Source: Geosiphon pyriformis uo1
Lineage: Eukaryota; Fungi; Glomeromycota
Assembly (NCBI GenBank): GCA_016748015.1
Contig: JAAOMT010000777.1
Span: 442,246-506,245 of the forward strand
Direction of reading: 5' to 3'
DNA: 64,000 bases
The notes beneath the pieces are model-generated. The model was not told the origin of the DNA and searched no databases. It saw only the letters and a program-made list of their open reading frames with translations. Position numbers and translations under genes: made by a program. Positions 11,501-24,631 of the stretch are shown here, one piece after another (position 1 is the first letter of the stretch; each line of letters opens with the position of its first letter).

Positions 11501-14181
11501 TCTGGAGAAATACATGCTTTTATTGATAAAAGTTTCTTGTTGCAATCTTTGCATTTAAGTGGAATATAGGGTGGTTGTTTCCATGGTTTTGGTGTAGAAT
11601 ATCTAACTTTCTTCCATCCTCTTGATTCTTTAAAAATCTCCTGTTCTGTTTCTTCAGCCCAATTGGATGTTGATTCAAGAGCCATGTAGGTTTCAGTAAG
11701 TGGCATTTTTTTCTCCTCTTCAAATTCAAATACTGGGGCTTTTTCTGATCATTTGTTAAAAGTATCATAAGTAGCAGGTACTATGGTGTATTGTTCTTGG
11801 TATGAGATTTTTAGTTCCTGAGTTTCCCAGTCCAAGTTTGCATTGGCCTTAAGAAGCCAATCATTTCTGACCAGAGCTTGGTATTGGGGTGTATCCATGA
11901 CTAGAACTTTGACTGGAATGGTGATTCTATCAATGGTAAATGGAAAATTGTCAATTTCTCCTACTGGTGTCTTTTTCATACCATCTGCTGTAACAATTAC
12001 AGTTTGGGCTAGTCTGTCAACAGTTCTTTGAAGCTGTTGCATTAACTGCTAGGTGATAATACTTCCAGCTGATCTACTGTCTAGAATTAGTCGGATGGGT
12101 TTTTTTTCTACTGTAGCTTTAGTGTATATGGCAGTAATAGCTTTTTGTTCATTAACTGCTGCATTACTAAGTAAGAATGGTGATTCATTTGCTTCAAATT
12201 CAAATGGAAATATATCTGAAAGATTGGCATTTTGGGCAATTTGAGCTGGTGGAATAGTGTTGTTGGAAAGGTTTGATTTGAGTGCTGCAACTTCACTTTC
12301 AGAAAGTGCAGGTTGTTAAAAATCCGATTCCTCTGGTATTGTAAGATAACTGGGTTGAGTGTGATAGTGATTGGGTCTTTGCTGACCAGAATTTCGGGGA
12401 ACCAACTGGTTATTTGGATTAATTCTGTTGTTGTTATTCTGAAATTGATTTTGGGGTGTGAATTGGTTATGTTGAACCAATCTTCTTGCTGGTACTTGAT
12501 ATTGTTGAGTGGATAGTGTCTGATATTGCTGAATTGATAAAAGTTGCTAATATTGTTGCTGAATTGGTTGTGGAACTGGTTGATAGTAACTGTTTTGATT
12601 TTGTGGTCTTGGTGAATAATAAGTTGGTGGTAGAGGTTGATAGTAAGATTGTTGTGGTGAAAAATAACATTGATTACTTCTGTTTTGTTGGTCTCTTTGC
12701 AATTTTTTGCAATCTTATTTCCAGTGTCTTGGAATTCCACAATAATGACAATTTTGAGGTTGGTTGTTAGAGGGTGATCCAAAATTGTTTTGGTTGTGTC
12801 ATTGTGGTGGTTGATATCTTTGTGGTTGTTGCTGCTGCTGTTGTTGGTTTGTAAAATAGCTTTCAACCTTCTTTGTGAGTTGGTCTATCTTTTTTTTAGC
12901 TGTTGAGCTGGTTTCTCCAATTGCAAAGTTTACAAGCTTGGTGTGATTTGCTTCTTCTATTGTCATTTTATAGCTCTTTGCATGTCTAATAACAGTTGCT
13001 AAGTCTGCTGGAGCATGTGGGTAGACTTTTTTAATCAGTTTGTTTTTTAATCTTGCTATAAACTGATCCAAAATTTGGGCATCCGAATAGTAGTTATTGG
13101 TTTCCAATTGTCAAATTTGTCTGAGAAGTTTGTTAAATCTTCCAAGATAGGTCATAACAGTTTCAGATATTTCTTGTTTGATATTGCAAAAGTGATTGCG
13201 GAGAGTGATAGAGGTGTTGTTGTCAATGAATTGTTGTAAGAAAGCATCTTTGAATGCTTGCCAGTTCTCAAATGATTCTTCTAAATTTTCAAACCATTCT
13301 CCTGCTGTTCTTTGGAGAAAGTAAAGAATTGCTTTGAGCATTCTTACTGTGATCCAACCATTTGCATCTTCTGCTTTTTGAACTTTGTCAAGCCATTTTT
13401 AAGGACTGGTATCATTGTCTTCACCAGTGAATTCTGGGATTTTTGCAATGTAAGCAGTTGCCATTTCTTCTTTGTTTTCTGTAATTTCTTCTGGTTCTGA
13501 TTCAGTTTCTTTACTTTTCAAGCTTTCTGAATGATTACTTTCGTTTTTCTGTAAGTAATCAATGATATTGGCACTTGTTAATATTGGTTCCTACTGTTTA
13601 GTAGAATTTTTAGATGACTGAAAATCTTCTGGTCTGGAGAAGTGGTTGAGTGGTGAATTTGGTGTTTGTGATTAAACAAGTGAAATTGGAAATGATGTAA
13701 TAGAAAGTGGTAATTTGACACTGGTTTTTTGTTCAGGTGTTTGCAAGTGTTTGGCAGTTGTCTTTTGTAGTATTGGAGTGTTTGGAGTGGTTCTTGAGTA
13801 TTGCTTCAATCTTTGTTTGCCTTTGTTGTTTGTTTCTGTCTCTGATTCAAAGTCAATAGAGTATTGAGACTGTACTAGGTATTTTTCTTCACAATACTCA
13901 ATAATGTTAAAATTAAGTTCTTGAAAGTAGGTAGCAAGTGTTTCACTGTTCAGGTCTTCTGTTTCCAATCGTGAATAGTGCACTAAATTATTGTAGAGGT
14001 TGCTTCTGACTTCTGAAATGTTGTAGTTTCCAAAAAGATAATTGTTAATATGGTTTTCAATGTATTGGTATACTGATTTCTTGACAACTTCAATTCCATC
14101 TAAAATGTTGAATCTTTGCTTGCAGTGGGTGTAAATTGATTGGTAATACTCTAGAGTTGCTGTGTCTGATGTGGTCACCAC
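8558..14181 (-). pseudogene. Gag-PR-Cys-rich-dUTPase-RT-RNaseH polyprotein, family B
   Basis: CCHC knuckle CHYCGIPRHWKxDC, protease LILDS(G)SAGS, dUTPase AHEIDAGY..IIDAGY, RT FCVDYRQLN/STLDLESGY/VYLD(D), RNase H IAYASRTL..ELE..AVIWAL. One frame apart from a single frameshift near 10570. Confidence 0.93.
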
Positions 14182-14208
14182 TTTGAATTTGTTGTTGCTG
14201 TGTTATTT

Positions 14209-14224
14209 CTATAGGAGAGCACCA
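14209..14224 (-). promoter_or_regulatory. Primer-binding site TGGTGCTCTC
   Basis: Starts with TGG, 2 nt inside the LTR end at 14227, and is complementary to a tRNA 3' end ..GAGCACCA. Confidence 0.8.
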
Positions 14225-14674
14225 AATGTTACTGGAGGTTTTTGGTCTCTTTTCTTGAATGTTGTAAATGTCTGTTAGTTGCAAATTCACGTTTTCTAGA
14301 AGTAGTTGAACCTCCAATAACTGAATTTATCTTCAAATTATCTCTTATAATTTGAACTGCTGGGCTTGTGAGTGGAATGGCCAATTCTGTGCCAGTTACT
14401 TTGTATAGTTACATTGTAGTAAATGTCAACTCTTTCTCAGAAATTGTTTATTTGGAAGCTCACTAAAAAATGTGTAGTTACTTTGCTGTGAAAGTCAACT
14501 CTTTTACCAGAATCTCGTCTGTAGGCTACCCTAATGATTATAATAAGAAAATAAAAGAAAAATAAAAGAAATGTAAAAGAAATAGAATTCTGTCAAGGGA
14601 AACGTTTTCTATCCAAGTCTGGAGTCACTAACAGTTTACTGAAATTGGTAGCTAATCAATTTCAAAATGTTAGT

Positions 14675-14694
14675 NNNNNNNNNNNNNNNNNNNN
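14675..14694. other. Assembly gap (20 N) flanked by an artefactual 489-bp duplication
   Basis: 14186-14674 is repeated, apparently identically, at 14695-15183. Confidence 0.9.
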
Positions 14695-14735
14695 AATTTG
14701 TTGTTGCTGTGTTATTTCTATAGGAGAGCACCAAA

Positions 14736-15729
14736 TGTTACTGGAGGTTTTTGGTCTCTTTTCTTGAATGTTGTAAATGTCTGTTAGTTGCAAATTCACG
14801 TTTTCTAGAAGTAGTTGAACCTCCAATAACTGAATTTATCTTCAAATTATCTCTTATAATTTGAACTGCTGGGCTTGTGAGTGGAATGGCCAATTCTGTG
14901 CCAGTTACTTTGTATAGTTACATTGTAGTAAATGTCAACTCTTTCTCAGAAATTGTTTATTTGGAAGCTCACTAAAAAATGTGTAGTTACTTTGCTGTGA
15001 AAGTCAACTCTTTTACCAGAATCTCGTCTGTAGGCTACCCTAATGATTATAATAAGAAAATAAAAGAAAAATAAAAGAAATGTAAAAGAAATAGAATTCT
15101 GTCAAGGGAAACGTTTTCTATCCAAGTCTGGAGTCACTAACAGTTTACTGAAATTGGTAGCTAATCAATTTCAAAATGTTAGTTGGGTTTTTGGAGATTT
15201 TCCAAGTACAATATTTAAAGAAATTGGTTTTTTGAATTATTTAATATTTTATTTTTCTTTGTGTCTGTAGGAATGGTTCTAAGTGATAAATCTAAAGTAA
15301 GATACATTTTCTTAAAGAGAAAAGCTCTTCTTTTATACAACTTGTTGTAGTACTAGTCTATAAACTTGCACTTTTTCTCTTTGCTCAAATTTCAGCGAAC
15401 TAAAGATACATTTTGATAGACTACAAGTTATTTCACTGAACTATTGATTAATTTAGGTGAACTATTCATAATTTCGGCGAATTTCTTATAAATTTCGGCG
15501 AATTTCTGTAAATTTCGGCGAATTTTTGAATGTTACAAAGTTCAGAGTATTGTGTAATTTAATCATCCTACTTTTTGTTATACTAATTAGATTATTTAAT
15601 TGAATCGTAATATGTGATAATTGATTAAATAATAAATAATAATTTGAAATGATATTAATATACTAATTAATTATAGAAATTATAAGAGTAATTTCATGCT
15701 AATTAATAGCTAAAATTCTACTGGTAATA
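14736..15729 (-). repeat. 5' LTR of family B element
   Basis: Direct repeat of 5412-6430, followed by TSD CTGT. Confidence 0.95.
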
Positions 15730-16209
15730 CTGTTATTCAAATTCAACTTCTTTACTAATTTAGCAATTAGCAATTTTAACTTATAAAACTTTGAAGATAA
15801 CTTGTTTTTTAAACAATTAAATTTGAAAAATTAATATTTAGAAAATATTTTATTAGTTGAATTTACCATTATTTCTTTTAATATTTTTTATATTGTATTT
15901 AAATCATCAAAAACTTTCATTTTTGTGAATTTATTTACTATTGTTAATAGCTTATTAAAAAAAATACTCTATAAAGTGCATTTATTTAACATTATCTGTA
16001 TTTTTAAGCTTAAATTTTCAATAATTTTAATTGATTTTTTTGTATATAACATTTAAATAAGCATCTAAAAAATAATCCAACCTAAAAAAACAAATATAGT
16101 CTTGTAATTAGTATTAAAAAACTTAAACATATCAGAAATTTTATAATTAATAACTGCTAATAGAAAATAGTTATTAATAAAAATATAATCAAAAGTTTTT
16201 TTCATATTC

Positions 16210-17174
16210 TATTGTTAATAAAAATTTGAGATATTAGTTAACATAAAATTATTTTTATAATTTTTATCATTAATTAATATATATTATTATTTCAATTATC
16301 ACTTATTATCTTACCAAATTATCCAAATATTATTTAATTAATAATCTGATTTGTATATTACACAAATACAATAATCAAATTATGCAATATTTTAAACTTT
16401 ATAACATTCAAAAATTTGCAAAAATTTGTAGAATTTTATGAAATAATTTAATAGTTTATTGAAATAATTAATAGTTTGTAAAAACAACTTGTAATTTGCT
16501 AAAATATATTTTTAATTTATTTGAATTATAGCAAAAAAAAGTTCAAGTTTATAAACTAGTACTATAATAAATTATATAAAAAAAAACTTCTCTTTTTAAG
16601 AAAATATATCTTAATTAAAATTATCTTTACTCGAAATATCTTTCTTAATATCTATACAAATCACTTTAATAAAAACTATATTAAAAACAACAAATTTATA
16701 ATTATTTTTTGCTTGGAATTCTCTAAATTTCAATTAATGTTTTGAAATTGATTAGCTATTAATTTTATTAATCTGTTAGTAAATTTAAACCTAGTTAAAA
16801 GATGATTTTTTCAAACAAAATTTTTTTTTATATTTTTTATATATATATTTTCTTTTTTTATTATATATATTAAAGTAGTTTAGAGACAAAATTCTTATAA
16901 AAAAGTTGACTTTTATAGCAAAATAATTACACATTTTTTGTAAGCTTTTAAACAAGTATTTTTTAGAAAAAGTTGATTTTTTTTACCAAATAACTATATA
17001 AATAACTAGTACAAAATTGGTTATTTTATTTATAAGTCCAGCAGTTTAAATTATAAAAAATAATTTGAAAATAAATTCAGTTATCAGAAATTTAACAGCT
17101 TCCAATAAGTAGAAATTTACAGCAAAACAATAACAACAATACTTAGAATAAAAGACTAAAAAACTTTAGTAACA
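16210..17174 (+). repeat. Heavily decayed solo LTR related to family B
   Basis: Colinear with 37918-38896 and ends in GTAACA. Flanks are ATTC/ATCC, a TSD with one transition. Confidence 0.85.
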
Positions 17175-19026
17175 ATCCTTTAAATTGCTTTAGATTGGAA
17201 GCTTAGCAACAAAATTATTTAAGAAAAAATTGCTCAAACCCAAATTAAAACATTTCTTAAAACTCATATTCTGCTTTATTCTATTTTTATTAAAATTACC
17301 ATCTAATACTACATAAAAGCTTAAATTAACTATATTAGTAATATAAAAATTTATCTTACAAACTTAATTAAATTGCACATTAGTTAAAACATCAATATAT
17401 AAATCTAAAATTGTTACTAAAAGTTTGTTGTTAAACAGCAAATAAATTGAAAAAAATGACCAAAGATTTTAAAAACTTTATATATATGCTAAGTAAAAAT
17501 ATTATTCATAACTATTACCATTTTTAAATCCAAATAACCAATATTCAAACCAGAAATAAAAACTTTTACACCTAAAAATCTGTTTTTAATCTAAAACTTA
17601 GTCTGTTTTTTAGCTTTATCTTAGTAAATATAAAAACCAAATTGCCAGAATTCTTATATTATCTAATAATATCTTTTTGTTTAGCCAAATTGTTTACTTT
17701 TTTAATATTATATATTGCAATCTTTCAAACATAATTAGTTGTTAAAATAAAAAATATATTAAAAAACTTAAGCCAAAACACAATTGATCTAACTTTGTCA
17801 AAATTAAACTAACAAAAATCTTAAGAGCAATTATCTTTAATTTTAAGTTATCTATCTTGATAGTTAAAATCTTAGAGTTACTTAAACTTAAATTTGAAGT
17901 TAAAGTTTTTGTTACTAGAAGAAAAAAAGAAAACAACACCTATAAAATATTTAAAATCATATTTAAATTTAAACTTAAATTCAAAAACACAAAAACAGTT
18001 ACAAAAAAAGATAAAAAACAGAAACTAAAGATACTAAGTTTGTAATATTTAGTTTTTAAATAATACCAAATATTTAATTGGTTAGAAGTTCTAAAAAATA
18101 CTCCAAAGAAACTAAATAAATATTAATAGATAAACTATTATATAGAATAAAAAAGATTTTATTAAAACATAAAACACCAGAAAAAAACAATTCAAAACCA
18201 GAATCAGAATAAATATTATCAAAAACAGAAGCCAACAAGACTATTTGGGCCCATGATTTGCCATCAAAAACAACAGAACATATAATAAAAACACTTTTTT
18301 TTACATATAATTTGGTTAACTAAAAATAATTTACATCTAAAACAAACTTTTTATATACTTTTAAAGGCAATAAAACAAATACACTTGGTATATTACACTT
18401 TAGAGCAAAATGTTCAAAATGGTTACACTTTTTACAATAAACTAAATTCAGTCTAGCCCAAAAAAGCTTTACATTACCAAAATTTGTTTTATGTAAAATA
18501 CTGAGTCTAGATTTTTTTTTAATTCATAATTAACTACAACATAATAAATTTTATTATTAAATTTAAATAACTGGTTATTTATATATGTTTTTTAACCAGT
18601 TTTTTTAATAAAGCATTCAAATTATAAGCAGATATTTTCACAAGCAAAGTAAACAAAAACACTCTGAATTAATTCCTAAATATCTAAATATTATGATTTT
18701 CTATAGTTTTGAGTATACACATTAAATCTTTTTCAATTAAAAAAAACCATTTAAATACCAAATAATTAGCTTAACTTAATTTGGCAAACTTCATTACAGT
18801 TTTTTATTATAGTCTAATTAATTATAATTAGATTAATACTATCTAATTATATTTAGTTATTACAGTAATGATTATTTCTTTAAGTATACAGTGAACTCTC
18901 TTTATAATCACACCTTTTGGTCAGCACATTTGTGGTGACTATAGAGAGATAGAACTATAAAAAATAATTAATATCTTATCACATAATCTATATATTACAT
19001 GCTTAATATAACCAATTATATATATT

Positions 19027-20566
19027 TTATTTAAAAAAGCTATTTATTTACAACTGTTTTTTCTCTTCTTGAACTTTGAGAACAGTATTATGAATTAATG
19101 TTCTCAAAGTTTTAAAAAAGTCTAAATCAACTTTTTCACTATACTGCTCTTTACAATAGCACAACATATCTTTAAGTGCAATTTTACCTTGATATATAGA
19201 TAGCAAAAGCAAAAGTTCATCTTTATTTTCACTTTTTAAATCTTCATTTGCATTAGAATTTTCACTATATTTGTTGTTAATAAGATCCACAATTTTATCT
19301 TTTGAGGCATAAGTGAATAATAATTCAAACTTGTCAATATTAATGAAGTCTATTGTCAATAGCTTGTCAATATCAACATGCTCAATAAAAACTTGTATTT
19401 TTTATAGGAGTTCTTGTTCAATATCTAATGGATAGGCTGGCATTTGACTATTATTCAGAATTTCTATATGATGCCAACAGTTTTGAATTGTAGTTGTTAT
19501 TACTGCTGACCATGTATCAATTAGAAAGTCAACCATATCCTTTAATATTACTGTTAATATTGGAATCTTGCCATCATACTGATTAATAAGATGGAAAAGA
19601 AACAACTTTTGGTATTGTGCCTTAAAGGATGCAATAATTCTTGCATCTAATGGTTGCAAATAGAATGTTGTATTGGATGGTAGGTATCTAATCATAATAT
19701 TAGATAATATGGAAAGTTCTCTACCATGGGAATCAGCATTATTAAGCAATAGCAAAATTTTTTTTTCTTGTGATGTATTTCTTCATTTAATAAATTAAGC
19801 CATTCACTAAAAATATCAGTTTGTATCTATGCTTTTGTATTGTAATAATAAGTGATTGGAAGTACATTCATATTAATATTGTGAAAACATCATGGCTTTG
19901 TGGTTTTACCAATAATTAAAAGCTGCAACTTGATGCTGCTTGTTGCATTACAAGCAAGAAGTATGGTAATTCGACTCTTATTATGCTTGGTGCCAAAGTT
20001 GCATTTGGTGGTATTCTAAAAAATAATGCTGTCTTATTAGTATTGTAAACATCATTTAGATCATATTTGCTAATAATCTCATGCAGTTTCTCATATTCCT
20101 TTGGTAAAATTTCCAAAAGGACACTGTTTGCTTCACCATGCATCTTAATGTGATGCAAATTATGATGTTTTTTGAACTTTTCTAACCAATTATCTGATGC
20201 TTTAAAGTTATTTTCTTCTGAAAACTTTTCAGCAAACTTGAGGGCTTTCTTTTGTAAAATTTTTCCAGTAAGAATGCAGTTGGTAGCTAGTGCTTCAAGC
20301 ATCTATTCTTTTAGTGCATTATTTATCTTCGGAAATATCTTTTTCATGTCCTTTGTTAATTGATTAGAGTTGCCAGATATATTCTTTTCAATCCATCAGT
20401 CTGATTTTGCAAGTATTTTTGTTACAGTAGAGTGGTCAATTTTTAGATTAAATATTTTGATAAGTCTATTTACTGAGTAGTTAGGATGCTTTAGTTTGTA
20501 CTGGCAGAGAGTCTTTTTAGTCTTCAAAGAGATTACTGCTCACTTTTGGTTTGCATTTTTTGGCAT
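19027..20566 (-). pseudogene. pogo/Tigger transposase copy 2 (DD31D-like spacing)
   Basis: ATG at 20566, HTH region, LLL(D)NA..31 aa..QPLD, ending QLxIxSFFK*. Confidence 0.92.
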
Positions 20567-20736
20567 GTTAATAAGAACACACTTTTTATTGTATTTTGCT
20601 TTTATAATATGTTAATGTATCTGTTATGTTTTAAATGTTATTTTGCCTTATATCTAATTAGACATATAAGATGTCTCATGTCATATGAGGTGCCTCAGAT
20701 TATAAAAAGCAGCCAAATTATAAAAATAAAGGTTTT

Positions 20737-20947
20737 AATCCAACTGTAAAATTCTAAGTACAAATGACAGATTTTTGGTAAAAAAAAACCTAATTTTGAT
20801 AATACATCTGTGACACTTTTTGCCTTTTACTCTCAACTAATGATCAATAATAAAGGCTGTTAATTTGATTCTCTGCATACTTGCATAATCTTATAGAAGA
20901 TAGCACAATGTCATGTTGTCAAGCTTTTCAAACACAGCAATGCCTAT
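20737..20947 (-). pseudogene. Cargo: TilS-like PP-loop fragment copy 2
   Basis: IGIAVFEKLDNMTLCYLL*DYASMQRIKLTAFIIDH*LR. Confidence 0.7.
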
Positions 20948-20950
20948 ATC

Positions 20951-22015
20951 AATTGAAATATTAATATAAAATATTTTGCACAATATCAGGGATATTGGAG
21001 TAAAAGTCAATTGTAGTTTTTTAAAAAATGTCCTGATCATTATAAGTCATAGGATTTGATATGTAATATATATAGGCAGGCAATAGCTTCTGAATTAATG
21101 TGGCCATATGTTGTTTCTAAGAAAAATCCATCTGTTGAAGGTTACTTAAAATGGGCCCAAAATGAAACAGATCTTATGTTCAGATTAAAGTATGAACAAG
21201 TCTTTTTTTATTTACAAGCAATTATTAACTTTTGCACTGGAATTTGTTTTAATAGGTCTTCATTAAGATTTGTGGCTAGACAAATGTTTGCATCAATTTG
21301 ATCTGCTTAATGCCATCCTATTTACCAATTAATTGAAATTGCTGATGAAAAACAATGGCTACAATTAAAGCCTGAAGTTTGCAAGCTGATTCAAAAAAGA
21401 ATTGTAATTTCTCGATCTAAACTTTCAAATCAACATCAAGGCCATAATGCAATACTTGAAAAAATTAACAAAATGCTCAAATTGTTGATTCCTTCTACAC
21501 CTTCACAATGGCATTGAGAAATTGCAGTGCATAACTGTATCAAATTTGAGAAATTACATACTAACTTCTTTAATGTTATTGGATATTCTAAAAATAAAAT
21601 ATACAGGTCTCATATATGTCCTAGCTTTATTGCTAAATCAAATCAATTTCGAGTTCAGATAAAAAAGACACAGTTTGTAAATTCAAATGTCTCTAATTGT
21701 GTTTTTCATAATATTGGCCATGAATGGATATTAAGCAAAAAAATGAAAAAATTCAGTAAAATTGCACAGATAAAAAGAATAGACTTTCTTAAAGCAAGGC
21801 AAATTAAGAAAATATTATTAGGTACTTGGAAACTAATTCCAGTAACAAATAAAAAAGCAGATTATCAAAAAATGTAAATCTGTTAATAAAATCACAACTA
21901 TTATCTATTATTAACTCTCTAATACCTCTTTTAAGTAATCATGTTTTTAAAGCTTATCAAGTTAATCATGTGACAGCTTAATAAATATCCTTTAAGAAAT
22001 TAGAAATATATTGTA
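20951..22015 (+). pseudogene. Cargo: DUF6589-like fragment copy 2
   Basis: ORFs 21056-21301 and 21527-21877 share one frame with upstream KYFAQxQGY..KKCPDHxKS. Confidence 0.6.
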
Positions 22016-24631
22016 TTGTGTACAGTTTTGTTTACCTTGGATTGGGTGCATTACTATTTATAATTGGCATTTTTAAAACATAATATGTTAAGTTTAAGTC
22101 TGAATCTTTATTCTGCATGATTATGTTTAGATTATAAAAAGCATTTAACATGGATTTATTTGTCCCAAAAAAGTTGATTTTTAATACATCTTTAAAACTA
22201 TCAGTCAAACTTTTGCTCACTAATACTAAATATTGGTCAAATAATAAATATGATTGTTAGTATGGAGCTCTTTTTTAATTGCGGATGCCAAAGTTGTATT
22301 TATTGGGTATATATTGGAATCCTTATGCTCTGAGTTTTATTACTGGTTACATTTTTCTTCCTAAAAAAAGGTAAATTTGAACTCTGTTTTTAGTTGATTT
22401 GCTTGAGCAATGTCCCATTAACAAACTTGTTTTTGGAGGATCTCATTGGGCCATTATTCTCACTTGTAGGTCTGTTAATTCCTTTTTCCAATACAGAGAA
22501 AAAGTAATCTTGTTAGCCAAAGTTTAATTCAGAGTAACTTTATCAATATCTGCAGCAACAGCCTTTAAAGCACTACCAGCCTCTGAAGCACCATTAGTCT
22601 CCAAAGCATCAAGAACAGCAGTACTGTACTATATGTCAACTATTATTAAAACTCTTATAATACCCACAAACAACAAACCAGATATGATGGTTCTATCATT
22701 GTCTTCTAATGGTGGTGGTGGCTTATAAAGAAGAAGTGTAATTGAATGTTGTAATATTTCAGAAATTTTGTTTAGTGTTCTACAATCATTTTCAGAAACT
22801 TTTCTAATTTTTTTTACTATCATAAAAAGAATAATTTCCATTGACAAATTGGGAAATTTTTCTGACTGTACATGTTTGATTAAATATGAGATGACATCTG
22901 ATGTTCATATCTAATGTCATATAATTATAGTGTGACTATAGAGAGTGAAAATTACTTATATTTTGCTATCATATTTGTGAGAATAGGGACTATAAGGAGA
23001 TATATATAGTAAAAGTGACTATAAAGAGATAATATTATATACAAATAGTTTTGGTTTTTAAAAAAATATGATTATAAGAAAATAGTAACTATAACCAGAA
23101 AGACTATAGAGAGAGTTCACTGTATTTATAAATTTTTTTTTAATAATTACAGCTTAATTTGAATAAAATTTTTGTCTTTTAAAATTACTGTTTATTATAA
23201 TATCTTTTTTTAGTCAATAATATGGTCTTTTTTATGTTTTTTTTTAGATCTATTTATTTTTTCAAATTTTAAAAGAGTAATAATCTCTCTAAAAATAATT
23301 AATAAAAAAAGTTTTCTGATTGTTTAAGTTTTTGCAGTTGCTAATTTGTTTTCTATTATTAAAAATTAATATTCAATACAAAAATTTTTTTAATGACCAC
23401 TTTAACTTGAGTTTTTATTATTTTAAAATTAATCTATTTTTTTGTTTAAAAAGATATTAAAAAAAAAGAGGAGTTTTTTATTTTTATTCATATTATAATC
23501 AATTATACCAATAAAAAAATCATATTTTAAGCCAATATTAATTTTTTTTGCTTTAAAAATTATTACTATTAAGCCAAAAAAACTATTATTAATATTCACT
23601 AAGACATTATTATCTTTACTATTACTGAATTTACTATTTATATCCGAAAATATACTAATTTTAAGACCAAGTTTGACCAAAAAAATATCTTTCTTATTAT
23701 TAGAGTGTTTAATATTATCTACAGAAATTTTTTTCTTTTGAGAGAAAAAACTTTCAATTAAATCATAAAAAGTTTTTTGAGTGCTTTTTTTTAGATATAT
23801 TGCTACTTAAAGCAATTTTTAAATTTATTACAAAAAATTATTAGCTTAAAAATATTGAAAATAATATTATAAGAAAAACAAAAACAAAAAAAACTTTTTT
23901 CTTTGAAAAAAAATGCTCTTTGAAAATTTTGAACATAAAAGAAAAAAAAAGTTTTTTTTAACTTTTTTAAATTTAATTAAATAATCTTAATTAAATATAA
24001 CTTATTAAATTATAACAAAAAGCTATAGTATAATTTACCAATTTAATATTATAAAATTAATAATATTTAAATAATTTATTTTATAAATAAGAATTTAATA
24101 TATATAGTTAAAATTAATATTAATAAAAAATTATAAAAAAAATAACCATTAAATTTTATTATATATTTTGCTAATAGGTATAATTATATAAAAATTTTTT
24201 TTATAATAAAAAAATATATATAATTAAATTAAATATTTTATTATTTGTTTTAAGTTTAAAAAAGCTTTAAAAAACATTTTTAATTTTTAAATATATGAAT
24301 TTTAAATAGTTTAAAAAAAAACTTGTCTAAGTTAAATAATCAATAATTAATTTATATATATATTAAAAAACATATATTTATTAATTATATTTTTTTTAGT
24401 AAAAAAACTTAAATACAAATTATTAAGAGTTTTTTTTGTAAATTTTTTTGTATTTTTATTAAAGTTAAAATTAATTTGTTTTTAGATATTAATTTTTTTT
24501 TTTTTTATTAAAGTTTAACGAGTGAAGTCCAAATGCCACCTAGTGTAATACATCATATAAATAATCCAAACTAAGCATGAATCATTGTCTTTACTATATA
24601 TGACCAGACACTCAGACTAGTCAGAACAATA

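Larger units (their letters stand above)
5412..15729 (-). mobile_element. Full-length Ty3/Gypsy LTR retrotransposon, family B
   Basis: Two ~1-kb LTRs with TGTTAC and ..TAACA/TAATA termini, 4-bp TSD CTGT (5408-5411 and 15730-15733), PBS, PPT, and domain order PR-RT-RH-IN. Confidence 0.96.
18889..23122 (-). mobile_element. Complete pogo/Tigger-type DNA transposon copy 2 (4234 bp) with cargo
   Basis: TIRs CAGTGAACTCTCT(T/C)TATA(A/G)TC at both ends, TA TSDs at 18887-18888 and 23123-23124, and subterminal GACTATAGAGAG-like repeats. Confidence 0.95.
3884..23950 (-). mobile_element. Ancient hypermutated LINE split by four insertions; host segments 3884-5407, 15734-16205, 17179-18886 and 23125-~23950
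   Basis: Decayed translations match the LINE at 24.5-31.4 kb in order: SKQSLVKT/SKPSLVKT, VISNLFYNKIIDLSGI/VISNLPDGKAAGLSGI, FYKLKLLIAKLVK/FHKLELLVSKLVK, KIAIYNI/KIAMCNV, SNSKILTIK/SSSKVLTVK, FDGKSWAQ/FGGKTWTQ, FVLNINF/FALDVNL. Confidence 0.85.

Noticed and set aside
12108-12866. 252-aa alternative-frame ORF, and similar antisense ORFs over gag and the LINE
   Set aside because: These are shadows of low-complexity Q/N/P-rich or GC-richer coding regions, with no motifs and no conservation.
14186-15183. Apparent tandem PBS+LTR duplication (three-LTR element)
   Set aside because: The two 489-bp copies look identical and flank a 20-N gap, whereas true LTR pairs here differ by many transitions. 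This is an unmerged contig overlap.
23960-24490. Ultra-AT block as centromere or origin
   Set aside because: Neighbouring AT blocks are demonstrably decayed TEs, and there is no positive evidence for a function here.
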